A stretch of DNA of 64,000 nt from Acidobacteriota bacterium (GCA_963666055.2 CAXWPH010000014.1:96001-160000), one strand, 5' to 3'; positions 19,677 through 30,578 are shown, counted from the stretch's first letter. Made by a program: numbers and translations. The notes: generated by a model from the sequence alone, not told the origin.

Positions 19677-20615
19677 TCAGGCCTCGTCGGTCTCTGACGC
19701 AGTCTCCGAGTCGGTGTCCGACTCCTCCGACGCAACGGCCACAGCTGCCTCGTCGTCGGCCGGGCCTTCCTCAGCCGACGTAGCCGCCGCTTCTACTACG
19801 AGTTCGTCTCCCGCCTCTGCATCGTCGGATGCCAGCTCGTCCGACGAAGCCGCTGCTTCGACTGCCCCTTCCTTCGCATCATCGACCTCCGCGACCTCCG
19901 CGACCTCCGCGACCTCCTCGAGGGTGGCCTCGTACGTGCCTCGGCCCGCCAGCAGCGCATTAGCGGCCGCCCAGCAGAACAGTCGGATCGCACGCAGGGC
20001 GTCGTCATTGCCCGGAACGACAAAGTCGATCCCGTCCGGATCGCAATTCGTGTCAACAATCGCGACGACCGGGATCCCCAGCTTCAAAGCCTCGTCGACC
20101 GCTATCCGCTCGCGCCGAATGTCCATCACGAAGACCACATCGGGCAGGCCCCCCATGTCCTTGATTCCGACGAGGTTGCGGTGGAGCTTGAAGAGCTCAC
20201 GCTTGAGTTTCAGCACCTCCTTCTTCGGCAGAAGACCGAAGCGCCCATCCTCCGCCATCGCCTCGAGATCCTTGTAGCGCTCGATGCTCTTGCGGATCGT
20301 TTGATAGTTGGTGAGCAGCCCCCCAAGCCAGCGGTGGTTGACGTAGTACTGCCCGCAGCGGGTGGCCTCCTCGGCGATCGTCTCCTGGGCCTGACGCTTC
20401 GTACCGACGAAGAGCACCTTGCCGCCCTGTGCCGCCTCCTGCTCGAGAAAGCTGAGCGCGTCCTTCCACGCCACCTGCGTCTTCTGCAGGTCGATGATGT
20501 AGATACCGTTCTTCTTCCCGAAGATGAATGGCTTCATCTTCGGGTTCCAGCGCCCGGTCTGATGACCGAAATGGACCCCGGCCTCGAGCAGCTGCCGCAG
20601 CGAAACGCCGACCAC
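19677..20615 (-). CDS. rpsB: 30S ribosomal protein S2 with acidic tail
   Basis: [34 protein letters not shown]...PGNDD. Confidence 0.97.
   Translation of the reverse strand: MVGVSLRQLLEAGVHFGHQTGRWNPKMKPFIFGKKNGIYIIDLQKTQVAWKDALSFLEQEAAQGGKVLFVGTKRQAQETIAEEATRCGQYYVNHRWLGGLLTNYQTIRKSIERYKDLEAMAEDGRFGLLPKKEVLKLKRELFKLHRNLVGIKDMGGLPDVVFVMDIRRERIAVDEALKLGIPVVAIVDTNCDPDGIDFVVPGNDDALRAIRLFCWAAANALLAGRGTYEATLEEVAEVAEVAEVDDAKEGAVEAAASSDELASDDAEAGDELVVEAAATSAEEGPADDEAAVAVASEESDTDSETASETDEA
19883..19917. repeat. 9-bp tandem repeat (CGACCTCCG x ~3.9) encoding EVA repeats in the S2 tail
   Basis: Direct reading of 19883-19917. Confidence 0.8.
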
Positions 20616-20623
20616 GATTCCTC

Positions 20624-21016
20624 CTAACGCTTGCTGAACTGGAACCTGGCGCGCGCACCCTTGAGGCCGTACTTCTTGCGCTCCTTCCTGCGAGCGTCAC
20701 GCGTCAGCAATCCGTGTACCTTGAGGGCGGCGCGGAGGCCGGGATCGGAGTCCAGGAGCGCACGCGCCACACCGTGTCGCACCGCCCCTGCCTGCCCCGA
20801 CGGCCCGCCGCCTTTCACCGTAATCAACAGATCGACCTTACCTTCAGCCTCGGCCACCTGCAGCGGCAAGGTCACCGCCGCCCGATGAGTAGCAATTGGG
20901 AAGTAGTTTTCGAGCGTCCGTCGATTGACGGTGATCTCTCCGGTGCCCGGGCGCATAAACACCCGCGCGATGGACGACTTCCGCTTGCCAGTTCCGTAAT
21001 ACCGAGCCTCAGTCAT
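20624..21016 (-). CDS. rpsI: 30S ribosomal protein S9
   Basis: [41 protein letters not shown]. Confidence 0.97.
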   Translation of the reverse strand: MTEARYYGTGKRKSSIARVFMRPGTGEITVNRRTLENYFPIATHRAAVTLPLQVAEAEGKVDLLITVKGGGPSGQAGAVRHGVARALLDSDPGLRAALKVHGLLTRDARRKERKKYGLKGARARFQFSKR

Positions 21017-21026
21017 CGTCTCCTCG

Positions 21027-21464
21027 TCAAGCCTTGTCGCCAGCGAACTGCTCGGGATGCTGGCCCGCATGCGGATGGTCGGGACCTGCATACACGCGCA
21101 GCTTGCCGTACATTTGCCGACCCAGCCGGGTCTTCGGGAGCATCCCCTTCACCGCGGCCTCGAGGAGTCGCTCGGGATGCGTCGCCAGGATGCGACGCGC
21201 GTTAGTTTCCTTCAGGCCTCCCGGATAGCCGCTGTAGCGATAGTACTTCTTGTCGTCGAGCTTATTGCCCGTCAAGACGATCTTTTCGGCATTCACCACC
21301 ACGACGTGGTCGCCGCAATCCAGAAAAGGTGTGTAGATCGCCTTGTGCTTCCCCATCAGCAGGCGGGCAATTGTCGTGGACAGACGGCCCAGCACTTGGC
21401 CTTCAGCGTCGAACGACCACCAACGACGCTCGATGTCCTTGGCGGATGGGTATGGCGTGCTCAT
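21027..21464 (-). CDS. rplM: 50S ribosomal protein L13
   Basis: [34 protein letters not shown]. Confidence 0.97.
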   Translation of the reverse strand: MSTPYPSAKDIERRWWSFDAEGQVLGRLSTTIARLLMGKHKAIYTPFLDCGDHVVVVNAEKIVLTGNKLDDKKYYRYSGYPGGLKETNARRILATHPERLLEAAVKGMLPKTRLGRQMYGKLRVYAGPDHPHAGQHPEQFAGDKA

Positions 21465-21536
21465 CGAATCAACCTTGTCTTGCGGGTCCGACAACCGGCG
21501 TGATCTTGGCGGTACCCAGCGTCTCGTTGCCCACCC

Positions 21537-23633
21537 CTAGACCTCGACAGAGGCGCGCTCGGCGTCGGTCAGCGCCTTCAGCGACAGCCGAATGCGGTTC
21601 GGAGCTTCAATCTTGACCACCTTGACGGTGAGCTCCTGCCCTTCACTCACATGCTCACGCATATCGTCGACGTGATGATCTGCCACTTCGGAAATATGCA
21701 GCAAGCCGTCCGTTCCCGGCAGGATCTCGACGAACGCGCCGAAGTCCTTGATCGAGCGCACCTTGCCGCGATACACCTTGCCGACCTCGGCCTCCTGCGT
21801 AAGGTCCGAGATCATCTTCTGCGCAGCCGCGCAGGCGTCGGCGTCCGGTGACGCGATCTGCACGGTTCCGTCGTCCTCGACGTTGATCTTGCAGCCCGTG
21901 TCCTCCTGCATCTGCCGAATGATGCGTCCACCCGGGCCGATGATGTCGCGAATGCGATCGACCGGAATCTTCACGCTGATGATCTTCGGTGCCCAGCGAC
22001 TGGTCTCGTCACGCGGCGCCGCCAGCGCCTCACTCATCGTCTTGAGGATCTGCATGCGGTTCTGGCGCGCTTGCTCGAGCGCCTGCTCCAAGATCTCCCT
22101 CGACAAACCGGAGATCTTGATGTCCATCTGCAGCGCGGTGATACCACTTGGCGTGCCCGCCACCTTGAAGTCCATGTCTCCGTAGTGGTCTTCCTCGCCA
22201 GCGATGTCGGACAGGATGGCGACAGTGTCGTCATCCTTCATGAGGCCCATTGCAACCCCTGCCACGGGGGCGCGAATCGGCACCCCGGCGTCCATCAGCG
22301 ATAGGGTGGCGCCACATATCGTGGCCATCGATGACGACCCGTTCGACTCGAAAATCTCCGAGACGGTCCGCAACACGTACGGCCAGTCGTCGTCCGTCGG
22401 CAAAACCGGCTCGATCGCCCGCTCGGCAAGATTTCCATGGCCAATCTCACGGCGACCGGGGCCACGCATGAAGCGCGCCTCGCCAACGGAGAACGGCGGA
22501 AAGTTGTAGTGCAGCATGAAGCGCTTCCAGAACTCGCCGTCGTACCCCTCGACCTTACGGGCATCGTCCGACGTACCGAGCGTGGTGGTAACGAAGGCCT
22601 GCGTCTCACCGCGGGTAAACAACGCCGAGCCGTGGGCGCGTGGTGAGTAGCCCACCTCGCACCGAATCGGTCGCACCTCGTCAAAGGCTCTACCGTCGAA
22701 GCGCTTGCCCTCGCTCAGCGCTGAGCGGCGCGTCGCGCCCCTCACCAGCTCCGAGATGGCCTCGCCAGCGTCGGCGGCCCAATCGGCGTTTTTCTCGGCG
22801 ACGGCGTCCTTGATCTCGGTCTTGATCTCCCCCATCCGGTCACGGCGCTCGATCTTGTCGGCGATCGTCAGGGCCTCGCGGATCCCATCGCCACCGATCT
22901 CGTCGACGTAGGCGCACAGATCCGCGTCGAGCTCGGCCGGCTCAAAGACGAACTTCTCGACGCCGAGCTGCTCACGGACACGCTCCTGTAGGTCGATATA
23001 AGCCTCGACATACGGCTGCGCGAACTCGAACGCCCCGATGATCTCGGCTTCACTGACCTCGTCAGCGCTCGCCTCGACCATCATCACCGCGTCGCGGCGC
23101 GCGCAAAGGATGAGGTCAAGGCAGCTGTTGTCCAACTGCGACGAGGTAGGATTGAGCAGGTAGCCGTCCTCGTCGAGCCCAACGCGAAAAGCCGCGAACG
23201 GTGTGTCGAACGGGATGCGCGAACAATTCAGCGCCATCGACGCACCCATCTTGGCCAGGATCGCCGGATCGTTCTCGCCATCGGCCGAAAGCACCATCCC
23301 GATCACCTGCGTCTCGTACCGATACCCCTTCGGGAACAACGGACGGATGCTGCGATCGATCATGCGAGAGGTAAGGATCTCCTTGTCTGCAGGCCGTCCC
23401 TCACGCTTGAAAAAGCCCCCCGGAATACGCCCGCCAGCATACGTCCACTCACGATAGTCGACGGTGAGCGGCAGAAACGATGCGGCTTTCGGCTTGCGGT
23501 CCATTACCGCGGTGACCAGCACTTTGGTATCGCCACATGACACCACCACGGAGCCATCCGCCTGGCGAGCCACGTGGCCGAGCTCGAACTCGATTGTCTG
23601 GCCATTCAGCTCGATCTTCTCTTGCACGATCAT
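21537..23633 (-). CDS. pnp: Polyribonucleotide nucleotidyltransferase
   Basis: Two RNase PH domains (GSALFTRGETQ, RREIGHG, GDMDFKVAG) plus KH and S1 domains. Confidence 0.98.
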   Translation of the reverse strand: MIVQEKIELNGQTIEFELGHVARQADGSVVVSCGDTKVLVTAVMDRKPKAASFLPLTVDYREWTYAGGRIPGGFFKREGRPADKEILTSRMIDRSIRPLFPKGYRYETQVIGMVLSADGENDPAILAKMGASMALNCSRIPFDTPFAAFRVGLDEDGYLLNPTSSQLDNSCLDLILCARRDAVMMVEASADEVSEAEIIGAFEFAQPYVEAYIDLQERVREQLGVEKFVFEPAELDADLCAYVDEIGGDGIREALTIADKIERRDRMGEIKTEIKDAVAEKNADWAADAGEAISELVRGATRRSALSEGKRFDGRAFDEVRPIRCEVGYSPRAHGSALFTRGETQAFVTTTLGTSDDARKVEGYDGEFWKRFMLHYNFPPFSVGEARFMRGPGRREIGHGNLAERAIEPVLPTDDDWPYVLRTVSEIFESNGSSSMATICGATLSLMDAGVPIRAPVAGVAMGLMKDDDTVAILSDIAGEEDHYGDMDFKVAGTPSGITALQMDIKISGLSREILEQALEQARQNRMQILKTMSEALAAPRDETSRWAPKIISVKIPVDRIRDIIGPGGRIIRQMQEDTGCKINVEDDGTVQIASPDADACAAAQKMISDLTQEAEVGKVYRGKVRSIKDFGAFVEILPGTDGLLHISEVADHHVDDMREHVSEGQELTVKVVKIEAPNRIRLSLKALTDAERASVEV

Positions 23634-23646
23634 CTAGGGTCTTCCT

Positions 23647-23694
23647 CCAAGCCGCACAGCGACCTCGGTACAGGCGAGCGAGCGTGCAGCCTGG
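23647..23694 (-). promoter_or_regulatory. Stem-loop immediately upstream of the pnp SD
   Basis: On the minus strand, CCAGGCTGCAC...GTGCGGCTTGG forms 11 pairs including two G-U. Confidence 0.45.
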
Positions 23695-23827
23695 TTACAC
23701 GATCAGGGGGGTGGGGTGGAGTGTGCTTCCCCGAGGTGTGTTCCCAGAGGCTTCGAAGTTTCCCTTCGCCGCGCCCCGCGTTCCGCTTCTTTTTCTTACC
23801 CCGTTTCCTTCCGCAGCAGGCGCAGGA

Positions 23828-24088
23828 CTAGCGTCGCAATCCTAGCCTCTCTATTAGATTCTGGTATCGTGCCACGTCCACGCGCCGCAAGTAATCGAGC
23901 AGACGGCGACGCTTGCCGACGAGCATCTGCAACCCGCGCTGGGTCGCATAGTCGCTCCGGTTGGCCTTCATGTGTTCCGTGAGGTGCAGTACGCGCGAGC
24001 TTAGCTGCGCGATTTGAACCTCTGACGACCCCGTGTCCGTCGGGTGCTGCCGATACTCGTCGATCGCTATCTCCGCTTGGCTCATCAT
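23828..24088 (-). CDS. rpsO: 30S ribosomal protein S15
   Basis: DTGSSEVQIA...HLTEH...RGL..LVGKRRRLLDYL...LGLRR. Confidence 0.97.
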   Translation of the reverse strand: MMSQAEIAIDEYRQHPTDTGSSEVQIAQLSSRVLHLTEHMKANRSDYATQRGLQMLVGKRRRLLDYLRRVDVARYQNLIERLGLRR

Positions 24089-24188
24089 CCTCTTCGCGTA
24101 GCTCGCTTCCTACTACCGTGTTCAGGGGGTTGCCCAGGCACACAAGGTTCGTAGGGCGTCTAGACGCAGGAGTGCCAAGCAGGCGGCA

Positions 24189-24217
24189 ACGGTAGCATGG
24201 GGGCTGTCGACTGTAAA
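24189..24217 (-). promoter_or_regulatory. Sigma70-type promoter for rpsO-pnp
   Basis: TTTACA-17 nt-TACCGT with a TG extension (TGCTACCGT), about 100 nt upstream of rpsO. Confidence 0.6.
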
Positions 24218-24286
24218 CGCGCCGCAGGCGCTATAAGGGCGCAGCGGACAGTCTGGATCGCGGCGCGCCCGCGCCCCACAGATACG

Positions 24287-25225
24287 TTAAAGCAACACGA
24301 TGCGCGGTTGCAGCATTCCCCCGGGAAGGAGCTCCGCCGCAGCCAGTAGATGCGCTTCGGGATCCATCACGCGCACCCAGCTTCCGCGACTACGCCGCGG
24401 TGCCGAACCGTCAGCCGGAACGCGCTCGACAATGCAGTGAGGCTCGATCACTCCGCCGTTGCGAAGTACATCGACCCCGGCCCCATCTACTACTACGGCG
24501 GGCCACTCCTGCACCATGGCCGCCGGCGGCAAAACGCTCGCCTCGATGTCCTCCGTCGGCCCGCTGGTCAAGACCTGCCAGCTCAGCGCCCCCGACAGAT
24601 CGAACCGCCCGACGCGTAAGCGGCGCAGCGAAGCAAGATGCGCCGGACAGCCCAGTGCCACCCCGATGTCGTACGCCAGGGTCCGCATATATGTGCCCGA
24701 TCCGCAGTGCACGCGTAGCTTCAGGACATCGGCGTCGTGATCTATCAGATCAATGGAATAAACATGCACGGGCACCGGCTCGTGAACGACCACCTCTCCA
24801 CGTCGAACGCGCTTGTAGGCCGGCTGGCCGCGAATCTTCTTGGCCGAATAGACAGGCGGGACCTGCTGGATCTCGCCGACGAACGACTTCAGGATTTTTG
24901 CCAGCCGTTGCGGCTTTATGGCCGGCACGGGCGCGCGACTGCCTACCATCTCGCCTTCCGAGTCGTAGGTATCCGTGGCCCAACCGAGCCGAACGCCGCA
25001 TTCGTACAGCTTGTCTTGGCTTTGCACAAACCTCGCCAAGCGCGTCGCACGACCCAGGCACAGAATCAGCACCCCAGTTGCCTGCGGATCGAGCGTCCCG
25101 GTGTGGCCGGCGCGGCATCGGAGTCGTTGTCGCACCCTGGCAACGACGTCGTGAGACGTCACGCCGGCGGGCTTGTCGGCCACCAGCATGCCGACGAGCT
25201 TGTTGTTCAACCTCGCACGCCTCAT
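24287..25225 (-). CDS. truB: tRNA pseudouridine(55) synthase
   Basis: DKPAGVTSHD, GHTGTLDP, PPVYSAKK, CGSGTYMRTL. Confidence 0.96.
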   Translation of the reverse strand: MRRARLNNKLVGMLVADKPAGVTSHDVVARVRQRLRCRAGHTGTLDPQATGVLILCLGRATRLARFVQSQDKLYECGVRLGWATDTYDSEGEMVGSRAPVPAIKPQRLAKILKSFVGEIQQVPPVYSAKKIRGQPAYKRVRRGEVVVHEPVPVHVYSIDLIDHDADVLKLRVHCGSGTYMRTLAYDIGVALGCPAHLASLRRLRVGRFDLSGALSWQVLTSGPTEDIEASVLPPAAMVQEWPAVVVDGAGVDVLRNGGVIEPHCIVERVPADGSAPRRSRGSWVRVMDPEAHLLAAAELLPGGMLQPRIVLL

Positions 25226-26181
25226 GTTCGCTTGGTCTTGATCTTCGCCATGATGCTCGCACGCACCTCCCCTAGCGAGCCATCGAGCTGGCAGCCGGCG
25301 GCGCGCGGATGGCCGCCACCCCCGTAGGACGCGGCGAGCTCGGCAACGTCTACGCTCCCATCGGAGCGTAGGCTAACCCGGAAACGATCGCGGGCGACCT
25401 CCTTGAAGAGCAGCGAGACTCCGACGCCGGCGATCGCTTGCGCCTGGTTGATCAACCCCTCGGTATCGCCGCCGCCCCGACGCTCGAAGTCCCGACGCCA
25501 GAGCACCATCCAGGCGACGTAGCCATGTTCCTCCAACTTCAGCGTCGCGAGCGCGTCAGCGAGGAGGTAGACGCGCGCCGCCGGCACATTGCCGTACACC
25601 GCCCCGGCGATCTCTGACGCATCAGCCCCCAGGCTCACCATGTCGGCGGCAAACTGCAGCGCCGCGGCGTCGGTATTGGAGTGGTGGAACGAGCCGGTGT
25701 CGGTAAGCACCGCAACATACAGCAAGGTGGCTATTGAGGGTGTGATCTCGGCGCCCAAGGGCTCGGCTAGACGCGCCACCATCATACTGGTGGCAGCAAC
25801 CTGTGGATCGATCCAGTTCACGTTGGCGAACATTGCGTTCTGACTGTGATGATCGATGTTGAGCGACTCGATTCGATCCAGCCCCGAGACCCCGGCGCGA
25901 GCAAAATCCGAACACTCGACCAGAATGCTGGCGCGTGCCCGGCGTGACACCGCATCGAGGGACTGAACTCGTGAGCACTCCGGCAACCAACCAAAGCGCT
26001 GAGGGAATGGCTGCTGGATCACCACCTCTGAGCGCTTACCGACCTGATCGAGCATCAGGGACAGGCCGAGCGATGAGCCAAGCGAATCGCCGTCTGGATC
26101 GGTGTGCGAGGCGATGACGAAATCATCGCGTCCTTCGATCCACCGAACTGCACGGTCCATTCCGTCACCCGTCGGCGGCAT
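25222..26181 (-). CDS. nrnA: DHH/DHHA1 nanoRNase / pAp phosphatase
   Basis: HTDPDGDSLGS, NIDHH, DTGSF, SLRS...GGGGHPRAAG; start is 26181 or 26160. Confidence 0.9.
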   Translation of the reverse strand: MPPTGDGMDRAVRWIEGRDDFVIASHTDPDGDSLGSSLGLSLMLDQVGKRSEVVIQQPFPQRFGWLPECSRVQSLDAVSRRARASILVECSDFARAGVSGLDRIESLNIDHHSQNAMFANVNWIDPQVAATSMMVARLAEPLGAEITPSIATLLYVAVLTDTGSFHHSNTDAAALQFAADMVSLGADASEIAGAVYGNVPAARVYLLADALATLKLEEHGYVAWMVLWRRDFERRGGGDTEGLINQAQAIAGVGVSLLFKEVARDRFRVSLRSDGSVDVAELAASYGGGGHPRAAGCQLDGSLGEVRASIMAKIKTKRT

Positions 26182-26542
26182 CCGACCCACCTTCCTCCGG
26201 TTCCTGCGGCGCACCCTGCCGGATCAGCTCATCGATTCGATCACCGTGATCGAGGGTGCGGTCGACCTCGAAATGCAGCTCCGGTGTGCGGCGCAGCTGC
26301 ACCCGTCGCCCGACCTCCCTGCGGAGGAAGCCGCTCGCCCGATTCAAGCTTTGCATCGACTTCGCTTCCGCGTCGGCGTCGCCGAGCACACTGATGAACA
26401 CACGCGCGTGACCCAAATCGGCGCTCATGCGCACCTCGGTCACTGTCACGAAGCCCAGCCCCGGATCCTTGACCTCGTTCAACAACAGGTCAGCCAGTGC
26501 TGCCCGCAGGCTGTCTCCAACACGTCGTGGTCGATGCCGCAT
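26165..26542 (-). CDS. rbfA: Ribosome-binding factor A
   Basis: KDP..GFVTVTEV..S.DL..A, LRRTPELHF..D. Confidence 0.95.
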   Translation of the reverse strand: MRHRPRRVGDSLRAALADLLLNEVKDPGLGFVTVTEVRMSADLGHARVFISVLGDADAEAKSMQSLNRASGFLRREVGRRVQLRRTPELHFEVDRTLDHGDRIDELIRQGAPQEPEEGGSDAADG

Positions 26543-26631
26543 CGTCCGGTTCCTTGCCTAGCAGGCCCAGCTGCCAAATATTCCGCCCGGTATCATGCCG
26601 TCACCCGCGACGGGTGCAAGGGTCGGCGTAC

Positions 26632-26910
26632 CTACAGGTACTCGATACGGTGGCGCAGCAACTGCGCGTCGTGAGCCTCTGCCTCGCGAACCACACGTTC
26701 GAACAATCCCTCCAGGGGCCGCTGCGATGCCGATACCGACGCCACTGCTACGCCAGCTCGCTGCCGTAAGTCTTGATGCTCCACCTCGGCAACCGCAACG
26801 TTGAAGCGAGCCTTCAGCCGTCCTTTCAGGCGATTGAGAAACATGCGCTTTTCCTTGAGGCTCCTACAACCTTGGAGATGAAACTCAAGGCTGCAGACTC
26901 CGATGATCAT
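26632..26910 (-). CDS. DUF503 (YlxP) family protein
   Basis: SLKEKR...RFNVAVAEV..QD; sits in the infB-rbfA context. Confidence 0.9.
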   Translation of the reverse strand: MIIGVCSLEFHLQGCRSLKEKRMFLNRLKGRLKARFNVAVAEVEHQDLRQRAGVAVASVSASQRPLEGLFERVVREAEAHDAQLLRHRIEYL

Positions 26911-26973
26911 GACCTGGCCTCACCGCTGCCCGGCGCCGGAAGAGCCGGTCCGAAACACCTCGGGGCGGGACGC

Positions 26974-29097
26974 TCAGAGACTGGGAGCAATCTCCTTGAG
27001 ATCGTACGCCTCGAGCACGTCACCGATCTTGACATCGTTGAAGTTCTCCAGCGCGATGCCACACTCGAAGCCTTGTTGCACTTCGCGCACATCTTCCTTG
27101 AACCGACGCAGGGAACTGACCTTGCCGTCGTAGATGATGCGTGAATCGCGTACCAGACGAGCCCGCGCACCGCGGGAGAACTTGCCGTCGGTTACGTAGC
27201 AACCCGCCACGACGCCGGCGCGCGGCACCCGGAACGTATCGCGTACTTCCGCAGAGCCCATCGTACGTTCTTCGAACGTCGGGTCCAGCTTGCCAACCAT
27301 TGCCGCCCGCACCTCGTCGATAAGCCGGTAGATAACGGTATGCAGCCGCAGATCGACACGCTCGCGCGTCGCTGCGTCGGCCACCCCACGCTCCGGCCGT
27401 ACGTTGAAGCCCACGATGATGGCGTCGGACGCCGACGCCAGCAGCACGTCCGTCTCGGTCACGCCACCAACAGCGGCGAGCATGATCTCCACCTGCACCG
27501 AGTCGCCCGAGAGCTGGGTCAAGGCATCGCTGAGCGTCTGCACGGACCCCTTCGTGTCAGCCCTCAGTACCACCCGGAGCTTTACCTGCTCACCCTCGAG
27601 GATCCGAGCGTGAAGGTCTTCAAGCGTCAACCGCGAGCCGGCGGCGAGGTTGACAGCGCGCGCCTTGAACTGGCGCAATTCAGCAACCTTCCGAGCCACT
27701 GAAGCCTCTTCGACCACCTGGAAGCTATCGCCAGCTCCCGGCACGCCGGAAAAACCGAGCACCTCCACAGCGGTCGCCGGAGGCGCGTCCTTCGTCTGTT
27801 GGCCGCGCGCATCGATCATCGCACGCACCTTGGCGCTCTCGGTGCCAGCGACGAGGGAATCGCCTACGCGCAAGGTACCTTCCTGAACCAGCAAGGTGGC
27901 CAAGGCGCCCCGCTGGCGATCGAGCTGAGCCTCGATCACGGTGCCGCGAGCCGAGATCTTCGGGTTCGCTCTCAGCTCGAGCAGCTCCGACGACAGGATG
28001 ATCATCTCCAACAGTTCGTCGAGATTCTCCTTGGTCTTGGCGGACACTGAGACGCACACCGTGTCCCCACCCCAATCCTCGGGCGTCAGCTGGTGCTCGC
28101 TGAGCTGCCGCTTGACACGGTCGACGTCGGCTTGTGGCAGATCGATCTTGTTGATGGCCACGAGAATCGGCACGTCCGCCGCGCGCGCGTGTTCGATAGC
28201 CTCAACGGTCTGCGGCATGATGCCGTCGTCGGCGGCCACCACCAGCACCACGATGTCGGTGATCTGCGCTCCGCGAGCGCGCATACGTGTGAACGCCTGG
28301 TGGCCAGGCGTGTCGATGAGCACAATGCGATTGCCCTTCCAGTCGACTTCGGATGCGCCGATATGCTGCGTGATCCCGCCCGCTTCCCGTGCCACGACGT
28401 TGGTTTCGCGAATCGAATCCAGTAGCTGCGTCTTGCCGTGGTCTACGTGGCCCATGACCGTCACCACAGGAGCCCGCGGCGCCAAATCTGCCTCGTCGCC
28501 GGCGTCCGGCTCGCCGAGCAGTCGCTCGTCGGCGGTAACAACTTTGAGCCTTACGCCGTGCTCTGCGGCGATCGCTATCGCCGCCTCGGCGTCGAGCGAC
28601 TGAGTGAGGTTGGCCATGATGCCCTTGGCCATGAGCTCGGTGATGATGTTCGTGGGACTGATTCCGGCCGCTTCCGCGAGCTCGCGGACGGTAACCCCTT
28701 CTTCGACCTCGACTGGTTCCGAGTCGAGCGTCTGTGCAGCCGTCCCCTCCGCCTCGGTCACGTCGACGCCGGACTCTGGCTCGACGACAACGTCGGCCTT
28801 GGCTTCGACCTCCGGTACGGTGTCGGCCGGCTCAGGCTTCGCCTCGATGTCTGCCGACGGCTCGGGCTTGGCCTTGGGCTCCGCCGTGGCCTTGGGCTTC
28901 GCTTTGGCCTGGGCTTTGGATTTGGGTTTGGCGTCGGCCGTGTCGGCCTGGCCGGCGAGCAGCTCGCGAAGCCGGCCAGCGTCGGCATCTGAAATGGCGT
29001 TGGCGTGCGATTTCACCGCCACGCCAAGGTCGTTGAGGCGCTCGATGGCAACCTTGCTCGCGATGTCGAGCTCCTTGGCGATCTCGTGTACCCGCAT
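26974..29097 (-). CDS. infB: Translation initiation factor IF-2
   Basis: MGHVDHGKT, GGITQHIGA, DTPGH, NKID, GFECGI. Confidence 0.98.
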   Translation of the reverse strand: MRVHEIAKELDIASKVAIERLNDLGVAVKSHANAISDADAGRLRELLAGQADTADAKPKSKAQAKAKPKATAEPKAKPEPSADIEAKPEPADTVPEVEAKADVVVEPESGVDVTEAEGTAAQTLDSEPVEVEEGVTVRELAEAAGISPTNIITELMAKGIMANLTQSLDAEAAIAIAAEHGVRLKVVTADERLLGEPDAGDEADLAPRAPVVTVMGHVDHGKTQLLDSIRETNVVAREAGGITQHIGASEVDWKGNRIVLIDTPGHQAFTRMRARGAQITDIVVLVVAADDGIMPQTVEAIEHARAADVPILVAINKIDLPQADVDRVKRQLSEHQLTPEDWGGDTVCVSVSAKTKENLDELLEMIILSSELLELRANPKISARGTVIEAQLDRQRGALATLLVQEGTLRVGDSLVAGTESAKVRAMIDARGQQTKDAPPATAVEVLGFSGVPGAGDSFQVVEEASVARKVAELRQFKARAVNLAAGSRLTLEDLHARILEGEQVKLRVVLRADTKGSVQTLSDALTQLSGDSVQVEIMLAAVGGVTETDVLLASASDAIIVGFNVRPERGVADAATRERVDLRLHTVIYRLIDEVRAAMVGKLDPTFEERTMGSAEVRDTFRVPRAGVVAGCYVTDGKFSRGARARLVRDSRIIYDGKVSSLRRFKEDVREVQQGFECGIALENFNDVKIGDVLEAYDLKEIAPSL

Positions 29098-29192
29098 CGG
29101 ATCTCTCTGTCTCTTGGCTCTGAACGTCGTTGCGTGTGGGTGCTTGACTACGTGTGGGTTCTGCTAGGGGTGCCGACCACGGCGAGCAGCAT

Positions 29193-30578
29193 CTAGGCGG
29201 GCTCCGCCTCCGGCGCCGTTGCGTTTGGACCGGTCTCCGGCTCGGGTTTGACTTCCTGCTCGGGCACCGCCGGGTCGACGATCCCAGAGGTCGAGGCGGC
29301 CTGCTGGATCTTCGCCGCAGATTTCGGCCCCAACCCGTCGATGGCGACCAACGCTTCTATGTCCGCCTCGACGATATCCGCGGCGCTGGTGAATCCTGCC
29401 GCAAACAGCGTCGCGGCAGCCTTCGGTCCGATACCGGGTATGTGCCGCAACGCCTCCACCGATGAAGCCTCTGAACCCGCCGGATCGCCCCCGGCGTCGG
29501 TCGGCTTGGCCGCCGGCGGCGCCAGCTCCTGCCGCTTCTGCTCGTGGCTCTTCACGTCGATCTTACGGCCAAGGAGCTTTCCGGCGAGGCGCACGTTCTG
29601 TCCTCGCTTGCCGATCGCCAGCGACAGTTGGTCCTCGTCGACGATGACTTCGAGATGGTGCTCCTCTCGGCCGTAATCGTCGACCACCAGCAGCTCACCC
29701 ACTCGGCTGACACGCGCCGGCTTGAGCGAATTGATGGCGTACTGATCCGGATCCTCGGCCCACTCTACGATGTCGATCTTCTCGCCTCGCAGCTCGCGAA
29801 TGATCGCCTGCACGCGCGAGCCGCGCATGCCAACACACGCCCCCACAGGATCGATATCGGCATCCTTGGAGTAGACGGCAACCTTGGCACGATCGCCGCC
29901 CTCTCGTACGGCTCCCTTGATCACCACCGTGCCGTCGTAGATCTCAGGCACCTCCATCTCGAAAAGGCGCCGCAAGAGGTCTGGGCTACTGCGTGAGACG
30001 ACGATCTGCGGCCCTCGAACAACGCGCAGCACTTCGACGATTACGACGCGGATTCGATCGCTAATGTTGTAATGCTCGGCACGCGACTGCTCTCGCCGGG
30101 GCAGCAGCGCCTCGGCGCGCCCCAGATCGACAATCATGTCGCCACGCTCGAAGCGCTTGACGGTTCCAGTGAGCAACTCGCCGATCCGATCGCTGTACTC
30201 AGCGTGAATGTTGTCGCGCTCGGCGTCGCGGACCTTTTGATAGAGAACTTGCTTGGCGGCCTGCGCCGCAATTCGGCCGAGCTGGTCGGTGGCCATCGAG
30301 GTGCGCATCTGCGCGCCTATCTGCGGATCTTCCATGCCTTCCTGGCGCGCGTCCTCGACGGTGATCTCCGAGTACGGATCTTCCACCTCCTCGACCACGG
30401 TCTTGACGGCGTGTAGCTCGACCACCCCGGTCTCAGGGTTCAGCTCCGCCTCGAGGTAATCCTCGGTGTGGTAGAACTTCTGCGCCGCTACCGCCATCGC
30501 CTCTTCGATCGCCGCCACGATGATCTTGGGCTCGATGTTCTTCTCTCGACCAATCTGCTCGATCGTTTGGAGCAGCAT
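29193..30578 (-). CDS. nusA: Transcription termination factor NusA
   Basis: GRIAAQAAKQV, S1 and KH domains (GACVGMRGSRV, LAIGKRGQNV), C-terminal HhH motifs. Confidence 0.97.
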   Translation of the reverse strand: MLLQTIEQIGREKNIEPKIIVAAIEEAMAVAAQKFYHTEDYLEAELNPETGVVELHAVKTVVEEVEDPYSEITVEDARQEGMEDPQIGAQMRTSMATDQLGRIAAQAAKQVLYQKVRDAERDNIHAEYSDRIGELLTGTVKRFERGDMIVDLGRAEALLPRREQSRAEHYNISDRIRVVIVEVLRVVRGPQIVVSRSSPDLLRRLFEMEVPEIYDGTVVIKGAVREGGDRAKVAVYSKDADIDPVGACVGMRGSRVQAIIRELRGEKIDIVEWAEDPDQYAINSLKPARVSRVGELLVVDDYGREEHHLEVIVDEDQLSLAIGKRGQNVRLAGKLLGRKIDVKSHEQKRQELAPPAAKPTDAGGDPAGSEASSVEALRHIPGIGPKAAATLFAAGFTSAADIVEADIEALVAIDGLGPKSAAKIQQAASTSGIVDPAVPEQEVKPEPETGPNATAPEAEPA

